Part shown: positions 14,943-28,225 of the stretch, one piece after another
Numbering within the stretch: the stretch's first letter is position 1
Layout: every line of letters starts with the position of its first letter
Source of the DNA: an uncultured Acidobacteriota bacterium
GTDB lineage: Bacteria > Acidobacteriota > Vicinamibacteria > Vicinamibacterales > 2-12-FULL-66-21
Direction of reading: 5' to 3'
NCBI GenBank assembly: GCA_963750915.1
Contig: CAVVSF010000007.1
Coordinates: 1,179,984-1,243,983, forward strand
Length of the DNA stretch: 64,000 bases
The notes under the pieces: model-generated
What the model saw: only the letters and a program-made list of their open reading frames with translations
Databases searched by the model: none
Told to the model about the DNA's origin: nothing
Position numbers and translations under genes: made by a program

Positions 14943-15573
14943 CTATCTCGAGGGGGACGCCGGCACGAAGCGCCGGCCCTGCAGCGTCCAGCCGCCGTCG
15001 AGCAGCGTCCGCACCGCTTCGGGGTAGAGGCGGTGCTCCTCGATGAGGATGCGCGCGGACAGCGTCTCCGGGCGTATCGTCGGCCCGGACCGGGACCGGC
15101 GCCTGCAGCACGATCGGACCGTTGTCGAGCTCCCGGGTCACGAGGTGAACCGTCGCGCCGCTGATCTTTACGCCATGCTCGAGCGCCTGTCCCTGCGCGT
15201 TGACACCGGGGAAGCACGGCAGGAGCGAAGGATGGATGTTGAGGACGGCGTTCGGGAAGGCATCGAGCAGCGTTGCGCCGACCAGGCGCATGAAGCCGGC
15301 CAGGCAGACGAGGCGCACGCCGGCGGCCCGCAGCTCGTCGACGACCGCGGCTTCGAACGCCTCCCGGCTCGGGAAGCCGCGGTGTTCGACGACAACGGCG
15401 CGAATGCCAGACGCCCGCGCCCGTTCGAGACCGGCGGCGTCAGCGCGATTCGCGATCACGACGCCAATCGTCGCCCGCAGCCGGCCTTCGGCAATGGCGT
15501 CGATGAGCGCCTGCAGGTTGCTGCCCCGCCCCGAGATGAGGACGCCCAGCGTCCGCGCCTCTGTCGCATTCAC
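14943..15573 (-). CDS. purN: Phosphoribosylglycinamide formyltransferase; 1-nt frameshift near 15071
   Basis: LISGRGSNLQA, LAGFMR, NIHPSLLP, LD.GPI; removing one C restores ETLSARILIEEHRLYPEAV to the TAG at 14943. Confidence 0.93.
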
Positions 15574-15599
15574 GTCTGTAACTCCCGTCCCTGCCGACG

Positions 15600-15623
15600 G
15601 GGGTCAGACCCAGATCTGACCCC
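15600..15623. repeat. GGGGTCAGA REP-like palindrome
   Basis: GGGGTCAGAcccagaTCTGACCCC; related copies at 58207 and 61453. Confidence 0.75.
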
Positions 15624-15625
15624 GG

Positions 15626-16648
15626 TCACACATAACTGACGCCGGCGCCAGGCTCGATCCGGCCGATCCGCACGGCGCCTGGCTCGCCGGCCGACGCGAG
15701 CAGCGTCAGCAGGCGCGCGGCGTCACGCTCCGCGCACGCCACGATCAGGCCGATGCCCATGTTGAACGTCCGCAGCATGTCGGAGTCAGGGACGCCGCCG
15801 GTCTTTTGCAGCCACTTGAAAAGCGCCGGCACCTGCCACGCGGCGCGATCGATGACGGCGCCGGTGCCGCTCGGCAGGATCCGCGGCAGGTTGTCGGTGA
15901 TGCCGCCGCCGGTGATGTGCGCCATCCCCTTGATCAGGCGCTCGCCCAGCAGCGGCCGGACCATCGGCAGATAGGATCGATGCGGTGCGAGGAGCGCGGC
16001 GCCGATCGACTCGCCGAGCTCGCCGACGCGATCGCCCGGCGCCAGCCCGGCCTGCTCGAACGCGATCTTCCGCGCCAGCGAGTAGCCATTTGTGTGCAGC
16101 CCCGACGACGGCAGGCCAATGAGCACGTCCCCGGCCACAATGCCCTTGCCATCGATCAGCGCGTCGCGCGCGACGACGCCGACGATGAAGCCGGCGACAT
16201 CGTACTCGCCGTCGGCGTAGAACCCTGGCATCTCCGCCGTCTCGCCGCCGAGCAGGGCGCAGCCGTTGTCGCGGCAGGCCGCGGCGAGTCCCTGTACGAT
16301 CTGCACGGCGACGTCGGGGTCCAGCCGCCCGGTCGCAAGATAGTCGAGAAAGAACAGCGGCTGCGCCCCCTGGACGAGGATGTCGTTGACGCAGTGGTTG
16401 ACGAGATCGACGCCAATCGTCGTGTGCACGCCGGTCATGAACGCGACCCGCAGCTTGGTGCCGACGCCGTCAGCGCTCGCCACCAGCACGGGATCCGTCA
16501 CCCCGGCCTGACCGAGCTGGAACAGCCCGCCAAACGAGCCGATCTCCGACAGCACGCCCGGCGTGAACGTGCCGCGCGCCAGCGTCCGGATTCTGCGCAC
16601 CACTTCGTTGCCGGCGTCGATGTTGACGCCCGACTGCTTGTAGTCCAT
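15626..16648 (-). CDS. purM: AIR synthase
   Basis: Y..SGVNIDAG, DGVGTKL, GGETAEMPG, SSGLHTNGYSL, AHITGGG, TFNMGIG. Confidence 0.98.
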   Translation of the reverse strand: MDYKQSGVNIDAGNEVVRRIRTLARGTFTPGVLSEIGSFGGLFQLGQAGVTDPVLVASADGVGTKLRVAFMTGVHTTIGVDLVNHCVNDILVQGAQPLFFLDYLATGRLDPDVAVQIVQGLAAACRDNGCALLGGETAEMPGFYADGEYDVAGFIVGVVARDALIDGKGIVAGDVLIGLPSSGLHTNGYSLARKIAFEQAGLAPGDRVGELGESIGAALLAPHRSYLPMVRPLLGERLIKGMAHITGGGITDNLPRILPSGTGAVIDRAAWQVPALFKWLQKTGGVPDSDMLRTFNMGIGLIVACAERDAARLLTLLASAGEPGAVRIGRIEPGAGVSYV

Positions 16649-16659
16649 GCCTCGGTCTG

Positions 16660-16701
16660 TCGCTAGAAGATGTTCGCTAGAAGGTGCTCGCCAGAAGATG
16701 C
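16660..16701. repeat. Three tandem 14-bp direct repeats upstream of purM
   Basis: TCGCTAGAAGATGT TCGCTAGAAGGTGC TCGCCAGAAGATGC. Confidence 0.8.
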
Positions 16702-16737
16702 CCGGTGGTCGATGCCCGCATCCGGCGCGTCGGGTTC

Positions 16738-17991
16738 CTAGAACTCGAGCTTCCGGATGAGCGTATCGGCGACGGTGCGCTCCGGCGATCCGGCAGCCGA
16801 CTGCCAGTAGGTCCGCCGCACGGTCGCGAAGAAACGTTCCTCTTCGAAATCCTCTTCGAGCATGTCGAACGCCTCGCGCAGCAGCTCGACGCCCGGCTCA
16901 CGCAGCACGTCCTGCGCCAGCATCTTCATCAGCAGCGGCGTGTTGCGCAGCGCCAGTGTCCCAATCGACAGCGCGATCGGCGCCCGCACCGGGTCCTGCG
17001 TCGGACCGCCGAGGGCGATGAGCTCCGTCGCCGCGTCTTCGCGACCGGCGACGGCGAGCACGCTCAAACCGGATGCGGCCGAACGAACCAGCGACTGGAA
17101 GCCGATGTTCGCGATCGAGAAGCGCAGCGAGTCGACGATATAGGGCTGATGCGAGGCGCAGTTGACGCCAAGGAGGCAGATCGCGGCGGCGATGCCCGGC
17201 TGCGATTCGCGCGGCGCCGTGCGCTGCAATCCGGCCAGAACCGGCAACGCGGTCTTGTCGCCAATCTTGCCGAGAGCCAGCGCCGCGTCGTCCTGCAGCG
17301 GGCCGTCGACCTTGGCAACCTCGAGCAGCGGCTTGAGCGCGTAGGTGGCACGGTGATCGCCCAGCGCTTCGATGACGACGCTGCGGAAGAAGGCCTGGCC
17401 CTGCATGACCAGCTTCTCCATCGTCTGGCGAACCTTGGGATCGTCGGCGTGTGCCGCCAGCGCGCGGGTCAGCGCCGGCCGGACAAACTCCGATTCCTCG
17501 CTGTTCAGCGCTTCGAGAAGCCGGGGGACGACCGTCTTGTCGGGGTTGCCCTCGAAATAGGCGTAGGCGACGGTGCGGAGGCGGTCGTTCTTGTCGGCGA
17601 TCGCCGAGACCATCAGGTCGCGCGTGCGCGGGTCGTTGAACCCGGACAGGATGACGAGCGCGCGATAACGAACGTACTGATCGGCGTGGGCCTTGACCGC
17701 CTGCGTCAGCGCCGGGATCGCCGTCGCCGGCTCGGCGCGTCGCACGATGCGCGCGGCCGGAGAGCGCACGGCATAGTCGATCGAGCTCAGGTTGTTGATC
17801 GCGGTGCGAAGCTGCTCCGCCGTGACCGGCCCCTGCGCTTCAGGCGCGGCCGCTTTCGGGGCAGCGACCGGCGGGGCAACGGGCGGCTTGACCGGCGGTT
17901 TCGCCTGGCTCGCCGGCGGCTGCGGCGAGCGCGCGAGCCCGGTCGAGGCGACGGCGAGGGCGAGAAGGGCGGAGACAGCGAGTTGGCGCAT
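16738..17991 (-). CDS. Exported HEAT-repeat protein
   Basis: Signal peptide, Pro/Ala linker, repeated VR..A..AL / ALGKIGDKTALPVL units. Confidence 0.85.
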   Translation of the reverse strand: MRQLAVSALLALAVASTGLARSPQPPASQAKPPVKPPVAPPVAAPKAAAPEAQGPVTAEQLRTAINNLSSIDYAVRSPAARIVRRAEPATAIPALTQAVKAHADQYVRYRALVILSGFNDPRTRDLMVSAIADKNDRLRTVAYAYFEGNPDKTVVPRLLEALNSEESEFVRPALTRALAAHADDPKVRQTMEKLVMQGQAFFRSVVIEALGDHRATYALKPLLEVAKVDGPLQDDAALALGKIGDKTALPVLAGLQRTAPRESQPGIAAAICLLGVNCASHQPYIVDSLRFSIANIGFQSLVRSAASGLSVLAVAGREDAATELIALGGPTQDPVRAPIALSIGTLALRNTPLLMKMLAQDVLREPGVELLREAFDMLEEDFEEERFFATVRRTYWQSAAGSPERTVADTLIRKLEF

Positions 17992-17999
17992 GCGAATCG

Positions 18000-19400
18000 T
18001 CAGTCGACGTTCTTGAGCGCGAGCTGAAGGTATGCCTGCTCGTTGCGCGGGAAGGCGACAGGATAGACGCCGGTGTAGCACGACGTGCAGTACGAACCCT
18101 GCTGGGTGCCGACGGCCTGGCGCAGGCCATCGAGGCTCAGGTAGGCGAGGCTGTCGGCCTCGACGTACTTGCGAATCTCCTCGGCAGTGTGCGTCGCGGC
18201 AATCAGCTCGGACCGGCTCGGGGTATCGACGCCGTAGAAGCAGGGGGACACCGTTGGCGGGCAGCTGATGCGCAGGTGCACCTCGCGCGCGCCGGCGGCC
18301 TTCACCATCTTGACGATCTTGCGGCTCGTCGTGCCGCGCACGATCGAGTCGTCGAGCAGGATCACCCGCCTGCCTTCGAGGATGCTGCGGACCGGATTGA
18401 GCTTGACGCGAACGTTGAAGTGGCGGATCGACTGCTGCGGCTGGATGAACGTCCGGCCGACGTAGTGGTTGCGGATCAGCCCCATCTTCATCGGCAGGCC
18501 CGCTTCCTCGGCAAAGCCGATGGCAGCGCAGACGCCGGAGTCCGGGATCGGCACGACGACATCCGCAGGCGCCGGCGCCTCGCGGGCGAGGATGCGTCCG
18601 AGTTCGGTGCGCACCTCGTTGACGCTGCGGCCGAAGACGTAGCTGTCGGGCCGCGAGAAGTAGACGTGCTCGAAGACGCAGTGCGAGAGCGGCTGGGCCG
18701 GAAACGGCTTGATCGATCGCACGCCGCTGTCGCTGATGACGAGAAGCTCTCCCGGCTCGACGTCGCGTATGTACTGCGCGCCGATGAGGTCGAGGGCGCA
18801 GGTCTCGGAGCAGACGATCCAGGCATCACCGAGACGGCCGAGCGCGAGCGGACGGAACCCGTTCGGATCGCGGGCGGCAATCAACCGGTTCTTCGTCAGG
18901 AGCGCGAGCGAGTAGGCACCGCGTACCTGCGCGATGGACTCGACCAGCGCCTCTTCCACCGAGGCCGCCTTCGAGCGGGCGTAGAGATGCAGGATCACCT
19001 CGGTGTCGCTGCCGCTCTGGAAGATCGAGCCGTTGCGAACGAGCTCGTCGCGCAGCTCGCGCGCGTTGACGAGGTTGCCGTTGTGCGCGACCGCGATCTG
19101 GCCGTGGGCGCAATCGATGAGGAAAGGTTGCGCGTTCTCCAGCTTGCTCTCGCCGGCTGTCGAATAGCGGGTGTGGCCGATCGCGATGTGCCCGGGAAGG
19201 CGCTCCAGGCTGTTCTCGTTGAAGGCATCGGCGACCTGGCCCATGGCGCGCGAGACGCGCAGCTTCTCGCCGTCCGCCGTCGCGATGCCGGCGCTCTCCT
19301 GCCCGCGATGCTGCAGCGCGTAGAGGCCGAGATACGTGAGGTTGGCGGCCTCGGGATTGCCGAAGATGCCGAAGACTCCGCACTCGTCTTTAAATGGCAT
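18000..19400 (-). CDS. purF: Amidophosphoribosyltransferase
   Basis: Propeptide [35 protein letters not shown], Fe-S cysteines (CTSC); GGAGG SD. Confidence 0.98.
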   Translation of the reverse strand: MPFKDECGVFGIFGNPEAANLTYLGLYALQHRGQESAGIATADGEKLRVSRAMGQVADAFNENSLERLPGHIAIGHTRYSTAGESKLENAQPFLIDCAHGQIAVAHNGNLVNARELRDELVRNGSIFQSGSDTEVILHLYARSKAASVEEALVESIAQVRGAYSLALLTKNRLIAARDPNGFRPLALGRLGDAWIVCSETCALDLIGAQYIRDVEPGELLVISDSGVRSIKPFPAQPLSHCVFEHVYFSRPDSYVFGRSVNEVRTELGRILAREAPAPADVVVPIPDSGVCAAIGFAEEAGLPMKMGLIRNHYVGRTFIQPQQSIRHFNVRVKLNPVRSILEGRRVILLDDSIVRGTTSRKIVKMVKAAGAREVHLRISCPPTVSPCFYGVDTPSRSELIAATHTAEEIRKYVEADSLAYLSLDGLRQAVGTQQGSYCTSCYTGVYPVAFPRNEQAYLQLALKNVD

Positions 19401-19569
19401 TCGCTCGCGCCTCCGGCGGACGTTGCTGGTGAGCTGCCGAGCGCCGAAGGCGCGCGGCGTCCTTGCCACCCCTGGTACAGCTTGCGGCACGCCTGTAGCC
19501 CCTGCGGCACGCCCAGGCATCCCTGCCTGCCGTCCCTGGAGCAAATGACTCGCGGTGTCGGTCTCCATT

Positions 19570-21808
<2,239 letters not shown>

Positions 21809-21814
21809 GTCGGT

Positions 21815-22528
21815 CTACGCACTCCTCAACGCACCCTGCCTCGACAGGGCGTTGACCACCGATTCGAACAGCACCAGGCCGTCAGCGCTGCCGAGCACGC
21901 GCTCGCAGGCCCGCTCCGGGTGCGGCATCAGGCCGACCACATTGCGTCCCTCGCTGCAGATCCCGGCGATGTTGCGGACCGAGCCGTTCGGATTGGCGGC
22001 ATCGCTCGTCCCGCCCTGCGCGTCGCAGTAGCGGAAGACGATGCGGCCGCTCGACTCCAGCGCGTCGATCACCTCGGGGCCGGCGAAGTAGTTGCCTTCG
22101 CCGTGAGCGATCGGCAGCTGCAGCACCTGGCCGGGCGACGCCGCCTGCGTGAACGGCGTGTCCGTGCGCTCGACCTTGACGCCGACCATCTCGCAGTGGA
22201 ACTTGAGGTCGCGATTGCGCAGCATCGCTCCGGGCAGCAGCCCCGCTTCGAGCAGGATCTGGAAGCCGTTGCAGATGCCGAGCACCGGTCCGCCCTGGCG
22301 CGCGAACTCGGCGACGCTGCCCATCACCGGCGAGAAGCGGGCGATGGCGCCGGTCCGCAGGTAGTCGCCGTGCGAGAAGCCGCCCGGCAGGACGACGACG
22401 TCGGCGCCGGCGAGGCTGGTGTCCTTGTGCCAGACGAACGCGGCTTCCTGGCCGAGGACGTGCTTGGCGGCGTGGTACGCGTCGTGGTCGCAGTTCGAAC
22501 CGGGAAAGACGACGATGGCGAATTTCAT
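21815..22528 (-). CDS. purQ: FGAM synthase glutaminase subunit
   Basis: [30 protein letters not shown]. Confidence 0.98.
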   Translation of the reverse strand: MKFAIVVFPGSNCDHDAYHAAKHVLGQEAAFVWHKDTSLAGADVVVLPGGFSHGDYLRTGAIARFSPVMGSVAEFARQGGPVLGICNGFQILLEAGLLPGAMLRNRDLKFHCEMVGVKVERTDTPFTQAASPGQVLQLPIAHGEGNYFAGPEVIDALESSGRIVFRYCDAQGGTSDAANPNGSVRNIAGICSEGRNVVGLMPHPERACERVLGSADGLVLFESVVNALSRQGALRSA

Positions 22529-22531
22529 GGT

Positions 22532-22603
22532 CAGTTTCCAGCTGCCAGGTCGCAGTGTCCAGCCGCGCCGGCGCCAGTGGTCCACTGGTCACCCGCGGCT
22601 GGC
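22532..22603. repeat. Period-7 CAGnnnn array with a partial inverted arm
   Basis: CAGTTTC CAGCTGC CAGGTCG CAGTGTC CAGCCGC ... GCGGCTGG. Confidence 0.6.
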
Positions 22604-22613
22604 GACGGGATGA

Positions 22614-22859
22614 CTACGGTTCAACCTCCACCCGATAGCTTTCGATCACCGGATTCGCGAGCAGCTTGTCGGCGACTTCGGCGGCGAGCGTTTTGGCGTG
22701 CTCAGGCGACGTCGAGTCGAGCTCGAGCTCGAAGTACTTGCCCTGGCGGACGTCGCCGACGCCGGCGTAGCCCATCGAGTGCAGGGCCTCGGCAATCGTG
22801 CGCCCCTGCGGATCGAAGACCGATTGCTTGAGGGTGACGAACACTCTGGCTTTCATCAT
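22614..22859 (-). CDS. purS: FGAM synthase subunit PurS
   Basis: VTLK.SV.DPQG, VRQGKYFEL, LLANPVIESY. Confidence 0.97.
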   Translation of the reverse strand: MMKARVFVTLKQSVFDPQGRTIAEALHSMGYAGVGDVRQGKYFELELDSTSPEHAKTLAAEVADKLLANPVIESYRVEVEP

Positions 22860-22887
22860 TCGCAGTTCACGCTGAAAGAGACAGGGT

Positions 22888-24204
22888 TCACGCGCTGACG
22901 CCGACCGGCGTCGGCGTGAAGACGCGGGCAAAGATGGCGTCGACGTTGCGCAGCTGGTCGTCGAGATCGAACGCCTTCTCGATCTCTTCCCGGCTCAGGA
23001 CCTTGCCGAGGTCGGTGTCCTCGAGCAGCAGCCCCTTGAAGTCCCGCTGCTCGTGGAACGCGCGCATGGCGTTGCGCTGCACCCACTCGTAGGCCTGCTC
23101 GCGCGAGATGCCGCGCCGGGCGAGCTCGAGCAGCACGGTGCCGGAGAAGACGACGCCGCGCGACCGCCCGAGGTTCTCGCGCATCCGCTCAGGGTAGACG
23201 ACCATGCCGCGGACGATGCGGGTGAACCGCCGCAGCATGTGATCGAGGGCGATGAAGCTGTCGGGGAGGATGACGCGCTCGACCGACGAGTGCGAGATGT
23301 CGCGCTCGTGCCAGAGCGCGATGTTCTCGAGCGCGGCCATGGCGTTGGCGCGGATCAGCCGGGCCAGGCCCGTGATCTGCTCGCAGCCGATCGGGTTGCG
23401 CTTGTGCGGCATCGCCGACGAGCCCTTCTGCCCCTTGCCGAACGGCTCCTCGACCTCGCCGATCTCGGTTTTTTGCAGGCCGCGGATCTCGAGCGCGAAC
23501 TTCTCCAGCGATGCCGCGGTGATCGCCAGCGCGGTCATGAGCTCGGCATGCCGATCGCGCTGGATTACCTGCGAGGCGACCGGCGCCGGCTCGAGGCCGA
23601 GCCGCTCGCAGACCCGCGCCTCGATCGACGGATCGAGGTGGGCGAAGGTACCGACCGCACCCGACAGCTTGCCGACCGAGACGACGTCGCGGGCGCGCAG
23701 GACGCGGTCGAGATCGCGCTGCAGCTCGGCGTACCACAGCGCCAGCTTGACGCCGAGCGTCATCGGCTCGGCGTGGACGCCGTGCGTCCGGCCGATCATC
23801 GGCGTGCGCTTGTGCTCCTCGGCGCGCTCGCGCACCGCCTCCATCAAGGCGGCGATGCCCTTGACGATCAGCGCCGCGGCCTCGCGCATCTGCAGCGCCT
23901 GCGCCGTATCGATGACGTCCGACGAGGTCAGGCCGAAGTGCAGCCAGCGCGCCGACGGCCCCGCCTTCTCGGCGACGGCAGTGGTGAAGGCGATGACGTC
24001 GTGCTGCGTGACCTGCTCGATCTCGGCGATGCGGGCGACGTCGAATGCGGCCCCGGCGCGGAGCTCGCGCGCGGCATCGGCCGGCACCAGGCCCGCCTCC
24101 GCCATGGCGTCGGTGGCCGCGAGCTCGACTTCGAGCCAGGTCTGGTAGCGGCGCGCATCGCTCCAGATCGCGCCCATCTCGGGGTTGGTGTATCGCTCAA
24201 TCAA
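22888..24204 (-). CDS. purB: Adenylosuccinate lyase (TTG start)
   Basis: MIERY, HFGLTSSD, GRTHGVHAEP, GSSAMPHKRNP. Confidence 0.98.
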   Translation of the reverse strand: MIERYTNPEMGAIWSDARRYQTWLEVELAATDAMAEAGLVPADAARELRAGAAFDVARIAEIEQVTQHDVIAFTTAVAEKAGPSARWLHFGLTSSDVIDTAQALQMREAAALIVKGIAALMEAVRERAEEHKRTPMIGRTHGVHAEPMTLGVKLALWYAELQRDLDRVLRARDVVSVGKLSGAVGTFAHLDPSIEARVCERLGLEPAPVASQVIQRDRHAELMTALAITAASLEKFALEIRGLQKTEIGEVEEPFGKGQKGSSAMPHKRNPIGCEQITGLARLIRANAMAALENIALWHERDISHSSVERVILPDSFIALDHMLRRFTRIVRGMVVYPERMRENLGRSRGVVFSGTVLLELARRGISREQAYEWVQRNAMRAFHEQRDFKGLLLEDTDLGKVLSREEIEKAFDLDDQLRNVDAIFARVFTPTPVGVSA

Positions 24205-25474
24205 GGTTCAGACGTGCCTTCGTGAGGTCGGGCGCCTTCGGCCCGAGAACCGTCGCCGCGAGCGAGCCGTTGGCGAAGAGATCGCAGGCGACGCGCTGGA
24301 TGTCCCGCGCCGTCACCCGCTGCACGCCGGCCAGCGTTTCGTCGAGGCCGAAGTGTCGATCGAAGTAGATCTCCTGCCGCGCCAGGTGCGACATCCGGCT
24401 GGCGGTGTTCTCGAGGCTCAGCATCAGGCTGCCCTTGAGATGATCCTTGGCCCGCGTCAGCTCGGCGTCCGGCACCAGCGACCGCTTCAGGCCGCGCAGC
24501 TCCTCGACGCAGAGGTCGATCACTTCCTCGACGTTGTCGGCGGCGCAACCGGCATAGATCGTGATGTTGCCGGCATCGCGATACGCGCTGAGGCCGCTGA
24601 AGACCGAATAGGCGAGGCCGCGCTTCTCGCGGACGTTCTGGAACAGCCGCGAGCTCATCGAGCCGCCGAGCAGCGAGTTCAGGATGTAGCTGACGTAGCG
24701 ATCGTCGTGGCGCTGCGGATAGCTGTTGGTGCCGAGGCAGAGGTGGCTCTGTTCGAGCTCCTTCGTCCGGGTGATGACGTTCGGATGAACCACCGGCGCG
24801 TCCTGGACGAACGGCGCCGCACGATGCGGCAGCGCCGCGAACGCCTTTTCCACCAGCTCGCGCACCTGGGCGTGCTCGAGATTGCCCGCGGCCGAGACGA
24901 TCATGTTCGGCGCCGCGTACGCCCCGGTGAAGTACTCGCGCAGCGTCCCGCTCGTGAAGCTCTCGACGCTTTCCTTCGACCCCAGGATCGGCCGGCCGAG
25001 CGGATGCGCGTCCCAGAAGTGCTGGGTGAAGAGCTCGTGCACGAGATCGTCGGGCGTGTCCTCGACCATCTTGATCTCTTCGAGGATGACCTTCTTCTCG
25101 CGCCCGATCTCTTCCGCGACGAACGCCGGCCGCATCACGATGTCCGACAGCAGGTCCACCGCCAGCGGCAGGTGCTCGTCGAGCACTTTGATGTAGTAGC
25201 TGGCGTACTCCTTCGCCGTGAACGCGTCGAGCTGGCCGCCGATCGAGTCGATCGCCTGCGCGATGTCCTCCGCCGAGCGCGTGTCAGTGCCCTTGAAGAG
25301 CATGTGCTCGACGAAGTGCGCGATGCCGCCCTCATCGTCGGCCTCGTGGCGCGAGCCGCGCATCAGCCACACGCCAATCGTCACCGACCGCACCTGCGGC
25401 ATGGTCTCGGTGATGAGCCGCAGACCGGTATCGAGGACGTCCCGGGTCACCAGAGGGGTCGTTGAAGTACTCAC
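24197..25474 (-). CDS. M16 (pitrilysin-like) peptidase
   Basis: GIAHFVEHMLFKGT (HXXEH), SSRLFQNVREKRGLAYSV. Confidence 0.95.
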   Translation of the reverse strand: MSTSTTPLVTRDVLDTGLRLITETMPQVRSVTIGVWLMRGSRHEADDEGGIAHFVEHMLFKGTDTRSAEDIAQAIDSIGGQLDAFTAKEYASYYIKVLDEHLPLAVDLLSDIVMRPAFVAEEIGREKKVILEEIKMVEDTPDDLVHELFTQHFWDAHPLGRPILGSKESVESFTSGTLREYFTGAYAAPNMIVSAAGNLEHAQVRELVEKAFAALPHRAAPFVQDAPVVHPNVITRTKELEQSHLCLGTNSYPQRHDDRYVSYILNSLLGGSMSSRLFQNVREKRGLAYSVFSGLSAYRDAGNITIYAGCAADNVEEVIDLCVEELRGLKRSLVPDAELTRAKDHLKGSLMLSLENTASRMSHLARQEIYFDRHFGLDETLAGVQRVTARDIQRVACDLFANGSLAATVLGPKAPDLTKARLNLD

Positions 25475-25563
25475 CTATCTCTCAGTCCGCCACGCGACTG
25501 GACGCGGCGTCGACAGCATCGTTGGCCTCGGTGCGGCGCGGTTCGCGTTCCGCGTCCGCGGCG

Positions 25564-25576
25564 CAAGTACTTGATT
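25564..25576 (-). promoter_or_regulatory. IHF consensus-like site in the divergent M16/rlmN intergenic region
   Basis: AATCAAGTACTTG matches WATCAANNNNTTR. Confidence 0.45.
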
Positions 25577-25727
25577 CGGAAGGGTTTAGCTAAGACTGCC
25601 GAAAAGGGGATGATACCACGGCCGGAGACGTCAGTTCAAGGCTCAATTCCCGCGCCGACGGCCTCGAAGCGGGAGCAACAGCGGCTGTACAATGGAAGGT
25701 CGGACTGGATCCGACACTCTTCAAGCC

Positions 25728-26843
<1,116 letters not shown>

Positions 26844-28065
26844 CGGCGGACGTCACCCGCACCATCACGCGCGAATTCCGCGCCACTCCGGGCTCAATCC
26901 TCAACTTCAGGAAGTTGTCGGTGACGACGACGGTGCCGTCATCGATCGTCAGCGCCGGCCGTGTCGTGCCGATCTGACGGTCATGAAAGCGGCGCGACAG
27001 CTCGGCCCCAATCGATCGCAACCGCGCTGCCCTTTCCCGGATCACCGGCGCCGCCACCCTGGCGGACATCGCCGCGGCTTCCGTGCCCGGCCGGTCGGAG
27101 TAGGGGAAGACGTGGACGTGCGACAGCGGTGATGCCGCCAGGAACCGGGCGTTCATCGCGAAGTCGTCGTCATCCTCTCCCGGGAATCCGACGATGACAT
27201 CGCTGCCGATTGAGGCGTGCGGCAGACGTTCGACGATCCGATCGGTGAGCGCGCGGTAGCAGCCGGCCGAGTACGGACGGCGCATCCGCGCGAGCAGGCG
27301 ATCGCTCGCGTGCTGCAGCGGCAGGTGGAAATGCGGAGCGAACCTGCCGCCGCTCGCGGCGACGAGGTCGACGATGTCCGGCGTGCAGTCCATCGGCTCG
27401 AGCGAGCTGATGCGGAACGTGATGTCGAGGGCGGCAGACTCGAGCCGCTGCAACAGGTCGCACAGCGACGTCACCGGCGTCAGGTCGCGGCCGTACGACC
27501 CGAGATGGACGCCGGTGAGGGCAATCTCCTTGTAACCGGACGCCGCAGCCCGGGCGGCGTCGCGAACGACGGCGTCCGGCGGCAGGCTGCGCCCGGCACC
27601 GCGGGTCGACGGGATGATGCAGTAGCTGCATCGCTGGTCGCAGCCCGTCTGCACCCGCAGCGTGAACGCCGTGCGACCGGCGACGCCGGGTCCGAGCGGG
27701 GCGCCGCACGGCCCGTCGCCGAAACCGAAGCGCTCGGCGGTGGTCGCGACGAGCGTGTCCTTGTCGTCATTCCTGACGACGCGAACGACGTTCGGCAGCG
27801 CCGCGAGCTCGTCCGGGCGACGCGTCGCGTAGCAGCCGGTGACGACGATCGCGGCCGCGGGATTGTCGCGGGCGATGCGGCGGATCGTCTGCCGCGCTCC
27901 CTGATCGGCGCTGGCCGTGACCGAGCAGGTGTTGACGACGACGAGCTCGGCGTCGGCGGCGGACGCCGCGGCACCGCCGCGGCCGCGCAGCTGCGCTTCG
28001 ATGCGCAGCGAGTCGGCCTGGTTGACGCGGCAGCCGAAAGTGACGATGGCGTACTTCATTCTTTT

Positions 28066-28163
28066 CCGAGGGGCTTCGCCCCTCGGACTCCCCTACACGC
28101 TCTCTCGCGCGCCGCTTCGTCGGCGCGCTCCGGTCGCGTGGCTCGCTCGCTTCGCTCGCTCGC
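28066..28163 (-). repeat. 98-bp multi-hairpin MITE/REP-like element, copy 2
   Basis: Reverse complement of 14832..14929. Confidence 0.85.
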
Positions 28164-28188
28164 TTCAGCCCGCCGTCGCGCTACGTAC

Positions 28189-28212
28189 GTAGGGCGGAAC
28201 TTCAGTTCCGCC
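28189..28212 (+). repeat. GTAG-family REP
   Basis: GTAG-GGCGGAAC-TTCA-GTTCCGCC hairpin. Confidence 0.75.
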
Positions 28213-28225
28213 GAACGGTCTGGCG

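Noticed and set aside
25475-25620. Purine, ZTP or PRPP riboswitch ahead of the pur genes (also checked 30069-30150)
   Set aside because: No recognisable consensus or terminator seen.
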